Source of the DNA: Nitrospinota bacterium
GTDB lineage: Bacteria > UBA8248
Assembly (NCBI GenBank): GCA_046581755.1
Contig: JAYGFR010000174.1
Span: 1-11,967 of the forward strand
DNA length: 11,967 bases
Direction: 5' to 3'
The notes under the pieces were generated by a model that did no database searches, had not been told where the DNA came from, and saw nothing but the letters and a program-made list of their open reading frames with translations. A program made the position numbers and the translations under genes. Positions 6,512 through 11,967 of the stretch are shown here, one piece after another. Every line of letters begins with the position of its first letter. Positions within the stretch are counted from its first letter, which is position 1.

Positions 6512-7819
6512 TTAGTACTCCAGTTGAGAGAGGTCCATTCCTTCGAGCGCTGCCCGGATCGAGGCGGCGAAGCGTCCCGCCGCCATGCCATCGTTGGCGC
6601 GGTGATCAAACGTAATTGCCAGGCCCATGGTGGGCTTCACCCCGAGCCTACCGCCTGGAAGCGCCACCGCGCGGGGGGAGACGGCTCCCGTCCCGATGAT
6701 GGCGACCTGGGGCGGATTGATGATCGGGTTCCCGTACAGCGCGCCCGAGGCTCCGAAATTGGTTAGGGTGATGGTTCCATCCTTTACTTCATCGGGAGAG
6801 AGGTTTTTCCCTCGCGCCCGTTCACCGAGATCGGCCAGCCGCTGGGTAAGCTCGAGAAAACCCATCCCGTCCGCCCCGGCGAGGACGGGGACAACGAGTC
6901 CTTCAAGCGAATCCACCGCGAGGCCCAGGTTGACGTAGCGCTTGACGATCAGGACGCCATCCTCACACGCTCCGTTCAAGCGTGCGTTGTCCGGGTCGCG
7001 CAACGCCGCGATGATAGCGAGAACAAAAAAGGGCGTGAAAGTGAGCCTGGCGCCGTGTTTTTCCGTGAAATGGTCTTTATTCGCATCGCGCCAGGAGACG
7101 ATTCGGCTCATATCAATTTCGAGAAAAGTCGTTACCTGGGGAATTTCACGAATCGAACGCATGAGGTTTTCGGCGATTCGCTTCCGGAGGTGGCTGAAGG
7201 GTTTATGCACCTCCCGCTCTTCACCTTTGGCGATGGGAGAAAACGAGAGCGGAACGGACCGAGGGGAAGCGTCCCCGCCTCCGGCGATAAATTGCTCTAC
7301 GTCGCGCATAGTCACACGGCCGCCAGAACCCGTTCCTGGAATCGCCGCGACAGTGCCGATATCCAGCCCATGCCCGGCGGCGAGGCGCTGGACCCGGGGA
7401 GAGAGCAAGCGGTTTCCGCCATCCGTTCGCGGCGGGGTTGGCGCTGGCCCTGAGGGCGGGACGGGTGCGGCCGGCTTTTCCCGGGGATTGTTGGGCGCAA
7501 CGGGCGCCACCCATTCGGTCGCCTTGGGCGGTCCGGAGGGAACTGCATCCCCGGCGGCTTCGTCTTCGGCGACCTCTTCTTCGGTTTCGAGGATGGCGAG
7601 CACCTCCCCCACCCGGACGGTGGAATCAGGGCCCACCAAAATCTCCTTGACCACGCCGGTTGCCGGAGCCTCGATCTCGAACTCGACCTTGTCGCTCTCG
7701 GCCGAAACAAGCGGATCGCCCTTCAAGACCCGGTCGCCGACCGATTTTTTCCATTCGATGACGGTGCTTTCGTGAACGCTGGTTCCCATGCGGGGCATTC
7801 GCACATGCGCCAGGTACAT
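6512..7819 (-). CDS. 2-oxoacid dehydrogenase E2, dihydrolipoamide acyltransferase
   Basis: Start re-called to ATG 7819 (GGAGG RBS). One lipoyl domain (ESDKV), Pro/Ala linker, E1/E3-binding domain (SPRVQRLA...GTGSGGRVT..DV) and catalytic domain (PIINPPQVAI, DHRANDG). Confidence 0.95.
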   Translation of the reverse strand: MYLAHVRMPRMGTSVHESTVIEWKKSVGDRVLKGDPLVSAESDKVEFEIEAPATGVVKEILVGPDSTVRVGEVLAILETEEEVAEDEAAGDAVPSGPPKATEWVAPVAPNNPREKPAAPVPPSGPAPTPPRTDGGNRLLSPRVQRLAAGHGLDIGTVAAIPGTGSGGRVTMRDVEQFIAGGGDASPRSVPLSFSPIAKGEEREVHKPFSHLRKRIAENLMRSIREIPQVTTFLEIDMSRIVSWRDANKDHFTEKHGARLTFTPFFVLAIIAALRDPDNARLNGACEDGVLIVKRYVNLGLAVDSLEGLVVPVLAGADGMGFLELTQRLADLGERARGKNLSPDEVKDGTITLTNFGASGALYGNPIINPPQVAIIGTGAVSPRAVALPGGRLGVKPTMGLAITFDHRANDGMAAGRFAASIRAALEGMDLSQLEY

Positions 7820-7890
7820 GTCTATCCTCCAAGTACGGAACTTCGGTTCCATGGACCGGACCCCGGCTATTCGGACAACGGCCAGTGAAA

Positions 7891-8889
7891 TTAATACGCG
7901 GCCAACTCTCTTAGGGCACCGATCACTTCTCCCGTTCCTGGCAGATACGCTTTTTCGAGCGGGGGGCTGAGCGGAATCGGCGTGTCGATCGCGCCCACCC
8001 GCCGGATGGGGGCGTCCAGATATTCGAACGCCTCCTCCGCCACGATCGAAGCGAACTCGCCCGCGACGCCGCCGCGTTTTCGGGCCTCATGGAGGACGAG
8101 AAGCTTTCCCGTCTTTTTGACCGACTCCAGTATGGCCTCTTTGTCGAATGGAAATATCGAGCGTAAATCGATGACTTCGACCTCGGCTCCCTCTTGGGCC
8201 AGCACATCCGCCGCCTCCAGGGCCTCGAGAACGGTTGTGCCGAAGGTGACGAGAGATATCTCCCTGCCTTCGCGAAGGATCCTCGCCACGCCGAAGGGAA
8301 CAGTGTAGTCCTCCTCCGGAATGTTAAGCCGGAACGCCGCGGGCAGATCGTCCGGCGGGTAGTTGTAGAACTTTTTGTACTCCAAATAAATAACGGGATT
8401 GTTGTCCCGGATGGCACTCTTCATCATGCCTTTCGCATCGTAAGCGGTGGTGGGGGCGACTATCTTGAGCCCGGGCGTGGCGAAGAACCAGGGCTCTGGA
8501 TTTTGGCTGTGGAACGGCCCCGCGCTCACGAGCGCCGCCGCCGGAAGGCGAAGGACCAATGGGACCGGCCCCATCTTGCGATAATGGTTTCCAGCCGCGA
8601 AATCGGTGATCATCTTGAAAGCTTCGGTCACGAAGTCTGCGAACTGAAATTCGATGACCGGGCGCAGGCCGTTCAGGGCGGCACCGATGGCCGCCCCGGT
8701 GAAGCCGGCCTCGCTGAGGGGAACGTCCGCCACGCGGTCCCGCCCGAATCGCTCCTGAAACCCCTTGGTGATGTAAAAGGCTCCGCCACCGAGGCCGATA
8801 TCCTCGCCTATAAGGAAGACGCTCTCGTCGCGCTCCATCTCTTCCCAAAGGGCGGCGCTGATAGCCTCGCGGTAGGTGATCTGGCTCAT
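7891..8889 (-). CDS. 2-oxoacid dehydrogenase E1 beta subunit
   Basis: ITYREAI...E.ERD..V..IGEDIG..GG.F..TKG, PLSEAGF.G.A.G.A..GLRP..EFQFADF, HSQ, PGLKIVAP, EVIDLRS, LDAPIRRV. Confidence 0.96.
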   Translation of the reverse strand: MSQITYREAISAALWEEMERDESVFLIGEDIGLGGGAFYITKGFQERFGRDRVADVPLSEAGFTGAAIGAALNGLRPVIEFQFADFVTEAFKMITDFAAGNHYRKMGPVPLVLRLPAAALVSAGPFHSQNPEPWFFATPGLKIVAPTTAYDAKGMMKSAIRDNNPVIYLEYKKFYNYPPDDLPAAFRLNIPEEDYTVPFGVARILREGREISLVTFGTTVLEALEAADVLAQEGAEVEVIDLRSIFPFDKEAILESVKKTGKLLVLHEARKRGGVAGEFASIVAEEAFEYLDAPIRRVGAIDTPIPLSPPLEKAYLPGTGEVIGALRELAAY

Positions 8890-8922
8890 GGTTCTCCCTG
8901 TGCCTGGCGGTCTCCCGGTCCG

Positions 8923-10041
8923 TCAGGTCGCATAAACATCGTCGGCGACCGATTCCGGATCGGGGAACGGGCTCTTCAGCGCCTCGTCTCGTGCCCCCTC
9001 GGCCTCTTCGCACGCGCGGGTATGGGACTCGCCGATTTCGTCCGCCGTTGCGATTTCATTTTCGAGCAAGTAGGCATCGAGGCGTTTGATCGGATCGCGC
9101 TCTTCGGTCCATTTGCGGTGCTGTTCCATATCTACGTAATCGGTGAATTTATCGTAGACCGAATGGCCTGCGGTGCGCATGGTGACGCTCTCGATGAGGG
9201 TGGGGCCTCTGCCCGCCCGGGCTCGGTCGAGTGCGTCCCCGCATATTTTGTGCATGAGCAGTGTGTTGGTCCCGTCAATCAGATAGCCGGGAACCCCGTA
9301 TCCTGGCGCCTTGAGAACGATCGAATCGCAGGCGAATTGCTCCTCGGGAAGCGTCTTGTAGGCGTACTGGTTGTTATCGACGATGACGACCAGGGGCAAC
9401 TGTTTCACAGCGGCCAGATTCATGCCTTCGTGAAAATCGCCCGCGCTCGTCCCGCCTTCGCCGATATAGGTGAGCGCCGCCCGACCCGAGCCCCGGACCT
9501 TTTCGGCCCATGCGACCCCCGCGGCGATGGGCACCGTGGTGCCGATGTGGCTAATCAACTGGATGATTTTTTTCGGGCGGTAGCCCATGTGAAAATTTCC
9601 GTCTCGTCCGGCCGATGGCCCATCGGCGCGGCCGAAGAAATGGGCCATGATACTGGCCGGGGGATGTCCCTTGGCCAGGTGGGAGCCGCAGTTGCGGTGC
9701 ATGGGGATGAGCCACTCCTCGTCCCGGAGGCAGCTGGCGCTCGCCACGCTGGCCGCCTCGTTTCCCCGGCCAAAAAAGGCTGTTCCCGGGATATGTCCGG
9801 AGCGAAATGCGGAATCGAGCGTCTCCTCGACGGCGCGGGTGAGCGAGACGAGATGATGGAGGCGCAGGCATCGGTCGTGGTCGTCGTCGAGGCCAAGCTC
9901 CTCGATGGAGTGCCAGCGGGCCTCGAGACCCTCGATGGAGAGGTAGCGATCCCGCAGGTCCTCGAAGTAGTCCAGGCGGGCAAGGTCATCCCGTGTCACG
10001 GGAATTCCGAATACCTGTGCCTTTGCTCCTTCCATTTTCAC
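8923..10041 (-). CDS. 2-oxoacid dehydrogenase E1 alpha subunit (TPP-dependent)
   Basis: AGGAGG RBS before GTG. Motifs GNEA, HR, GRDGNFH, TPP-binding GEGGTSAGDFHEGMN...DNNQYA, GPTLIE..T.R..GHS..D and RDPI. Confidence 0.95.
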   Translation of the reverse strand: MKMEGAKAQVFGIPVTRDDLARLDYFEDLRDRYLSIEGLEARWHSIEELGLDDDHDRCLRLHHLVSLTRAVEETLDSAFRSGHIPGTAFFGRGNEAASVASASCLRDEEWLIPMHRNCGSHLAKGHPPASIMAHFFGRADGPSAGRDGNFHMGYRPKKIIQLISHIGTTVPIAAGVAWAEKVRGSGRAALTYIGEGGTSAGDFHEGMNLAAVKQLPLVVIVDNNQYAYKTLPEEQFACDSIVLKAPGYGVPGYLIDGTNTLLMHKICGDALDRARAGRGPTLIESVTMRTAGHSVYDKFTDYVDMEQHRKWTEERDPIKRLDAYLLENEIATADEIGESHTRACEEAEGARDEALKSPFPDPESVADDVYAT

Positions 10042-10116
10042 ATATCCTCCTGGGGATGCCTCGCCTCATATGGCATGTGGTGAGACCTGCCCGAATTGCG
10101 GCCGGATTGGATATTT

Positions 10117-10145
10117 AGAATAACGGATTACGGTGGGAATGTGAA
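10117..10145 (-). promoter_or_regulatory. Candidate sigma70 promoter for the E1-E2-lyase-cupin operon
   Basis: Minus strand reads TTCACA-N17-TATTCT, with the -10 box 75 nt upstream of the E1alpha start. Confidence 0.6.
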
Positions 10146-10308
10146 AAGGCGGCAGGATACTTTTCGGTCCATTGGCGGGGCTGTCCGCCGCGGGGTATCC
10201 CTTGACATGTTCCAACCCTTTTTTCGGACAGGCGCATGGAGTAAAATGCATCCCCGTCTGACGCGGCGAACCGCGGTGTAGGGATCTCTTTGATGGAGAA
10301 ATTTTTAT

Positions 10309-11217
10309 ATGAGTCTTCTCGTAGTGGGTTCAATGGCTTTCGATTCGGTCAAAACGCCGTTCGGGGAGCGCGAGGACGCGATTGGCGGCTCTGCGACCTA
10401 CTTTTCCGTTTCGGCGAGTTATTTCACGGATGTCCGGCTCGTGGCCGTCGTTGGGAGCGATTTTCCCCAAGGCGAATTGGATTTCCTCGCTGAGCGCTCG
10501 GTTGATCTTTCCGGGCTGGAGCGAAGCGAAGGCAAGACGTTCCGCTGGAAGGGCGAGTACGGCTTCGACCTCAACACGGCCCATACGCTCGACACCCAGC
10601 TCAATGTGTTCCAGGATTTTCGCCCGCAGGTGCCCGCCGCCTTCAGCGAAAGCGAATTTGTGTTCCTGGCCAACATCGACCCCGAGCTTCAGGTCTCGGT
10701 CGTGGAGCAGGTGAAGTCGCCTCAACTGGTTGCGTGCGATACGATGAATTTTTGGATCGAAGGCAAGCGGGACGAACTGGTTCGAATGTTCGGGATGGTG
10801 GACATGGCCGTCATCAACGAGGGCGAAGTCCGCGAGTTGGCCGGAGAGTCCAACATCCTGAAGGCATCTCGTAAAATTCTGGAGATGGGCCCCCAGACGC
10901 TCCTTGTCAAGCGGGGTGAATACGGGGCTCTTTTGATCCAAAAGGACTCGGTCTTCTCCGCTCCCGGGCTCCCGCTTGAAGATATCTACGACCCGACCGG
11001 GGCGGGAGACACCTTTGCGGGAGGGTTCATGGGTTATCTGTCCTCCAAAGGGGATCTGAGCCCGGGAGCCCTCCGTCGCGCCGTGATATTCGGCAGTGTG
11101 ATGGCCTCGTTTAATGTTGAATCGTTTAGCTACGATAGGCTGAAAAACCTGACCCAGGGCGAGATTGAGGCGCGCTACCGCCAATTCAGCGAACTGGCGC
11201 ATTTTGATCGGCTCTGA
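10309..11217 (+). CDS. PfkB/ribokinase family sugar or nucleoside kinase
   Basis: N-terminal VGS.AFD...TPFG..GGSATY, VG.DF, INEGE, VKRGEYGA and the PfkB signature DPTGAGDTFAGGF. GGAG RBS. Confidence 0.95.
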   Translation: MSLLVVGSMAFDSVKTPFGEREDAIGGSATYFSVSASYFTDVRLVAVVGSDFPQGELDFLAERSVDLSGLERSEGKTFRWKGEYGFDLNTAHTLDTQLNVFQDFRPQVPAAFSESEFVFLANIDPELQVSVVEQVKSPQLVACDTMNFWIEGKRDELVRMFGMVDMAVINEGEVRELAGESNILKASRKILEMGPQTLLVKRGEYGALLIQKDSVFSAPGLPLEDIYDPTGAGDTFAGGFMGYLSSKGDLSPGALRRAVIFGSVMASFNVESFSYDRLKNLTQGEIEARYRQFSELAHFDRL

Positions 11218-11238
11218 GCCGCACGGAACGGTGAGAGA

Positions 11239-11901
11239 ATGGCCATTCGTATTATTGGCGGGAGTGCCAGGAGCCGCCGCCTGGCGTCCCCTCCGGGTAG
11301 CGGATTTCGGCCCACTGGCGACAAGGTCCGCGAGGCATTGTTCAATATATTGGGACAATCTCTCGATGGATGGCGCTTCCTCGATATCTGCGCTGGAAGC
11401 GGGGCCGTCTCGCTCGAGGCGCTGAGCCGGGGAGCGCATAAAGTGGTGGGGCTGGAGCTGGATGCGGCGCGGTGCCGACACATTCGGGATGAGGCCATTC
11501 GGATGAACTTGGCCGAAGGGCTCGATGTCCGTTGCGGAGATGCCCTTGATGAACTCTCGCGAATCCGGAATGGCCGAGAATCGTTTCATGCGGCGTATTT
11601 GGATCCGCCTTGGGCCGAGGAGGCGCTTCGCCAGAAATTGTTGGACGCCTTGTTTGCGTCGCCCCCCCTTTGCCAGATAGCGGCGGTGGAGTTTCCGGCC
11701 TTGGGCAGCCCTCCCGAAACCCCGGAGGGAGCCCGGATGATTCGCCGCGCGGATTATGGTCGAACCTCGCTGATGTTTTTTGAACCAGTGAATGGGGATT
11801 CAAATGCAGGAATTTTTTTTGGACCTCATCCCTGCCCGAAGAGCGAATTGTTTGATCCCCAAAACCTTGTGGTAGCTCAGGGTGCCGCTCGGCATATTTA
11901 G
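11239..11901 (+). CDS. rsmD: 16S rRNA (guanine966-N2)-methyltransferase RsmD-like
   Basis: IRIIGG...R.L......RPT.DKVREALFNIL, SAM motif LDICAGSGAV.LEALSRGA, DPPW and C-terminal YG.T.L.F. The true 3' end is uncertain (see findings). Confidence 0.92.
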   Translation: MAIRIIGGSARSRRLASPPGSGFRPTGDKVREALFNILGQSLDGWRFLDICAGSGAVSLEALSRGAHKVVGLELDAARCRHIRDEAIRMNLAEGLDVRCGDALDELSRIRNGRESFHAAYLDPPWAEEALRQKLLDALFASPPLCQIAAVEFPALGSPPETPEGARMIRRADYGRTSLMFFEPVNGDSNAGIFFGPHPCPKSELFDPQNLVVAQGAARHI

Positions 11902-11967
11902 GTCTTGATTCGGTTTATCGGGAGAACCTGTTTAAAAACAGTATTCAAGACGGAGGCTACAGGCTCG

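Noticed and set aside
8194..10083. 629-aa plus-strand ORF
   Set aside because: Antisense shadow of the E1alpha/E1beta genes with no recognisable motifs.
10202..10207. TTGACA as the -35 box of the pfkB promoter
   Set aside because: No -10 hexamer at 16-18 nt; the TAAAAT at 10242-10247 is 34 nt away.
10249..10286. Riboswitch-like leader hairpin upstream of the PfkB kinase (CGCGG-CGAA-CCGCG)
   Set aside because: Short GC stem with no riboswitch consensus I can recognise; an Rfam cmscan would be needed.
10330..11589. 419-aa minus-strand ORF
   Set aside because: Antisense shadow of the pfkB and rsmD genes.
11928..11941. LexA SOS box
   Set aside because: CTGT-N6-ACAG, whereas the E. coli-type box needs N8.

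Overview
GC-rich bacterial chromosomal window with nested mobile elements at its left edge. At 1-135 is the 3' end of an IS110-family (IS621-like, bridge-recombinase) transposase and its right end. It abuts, via a shared CT dinucleotide, the clipped terminal inverted repeat of a small internally deleted IS3-family (IS407-like) remnant (134-567, minus strand). Neither element appears in the ORF track. Next come a G-rich repeat-containing spacer, a minus-strand VOC/glyoxalase + Rid-family gene pair (the Rid gene has a 1-bp frameshift), a small membrane protein, a cupin, a frameshifted lipoprotein and leucyl aminopeptidase pepA. A minus-strand operon encodes 2-oxoacid dehydrogenase E1alpha-E1beta-E2 (no E3), a CitE-like acyl-CoA lyase and a cupin. 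Divergent from it lie a PfkB kinase and rsmD. The two most interesting signals are (i) an IS110 apparently targeting an IS3 terminal repeat and (ii) a 2-oxoacid dehydrogenase/CoA-ester lyase operon that may encode an undescribed catabolic route for 4-hydroxy-2-oxoacids. Single-base deletions in homopolymers suggest sequencing errors in this assembly. All calls come from manual translation and motif recognition; no searches were run.
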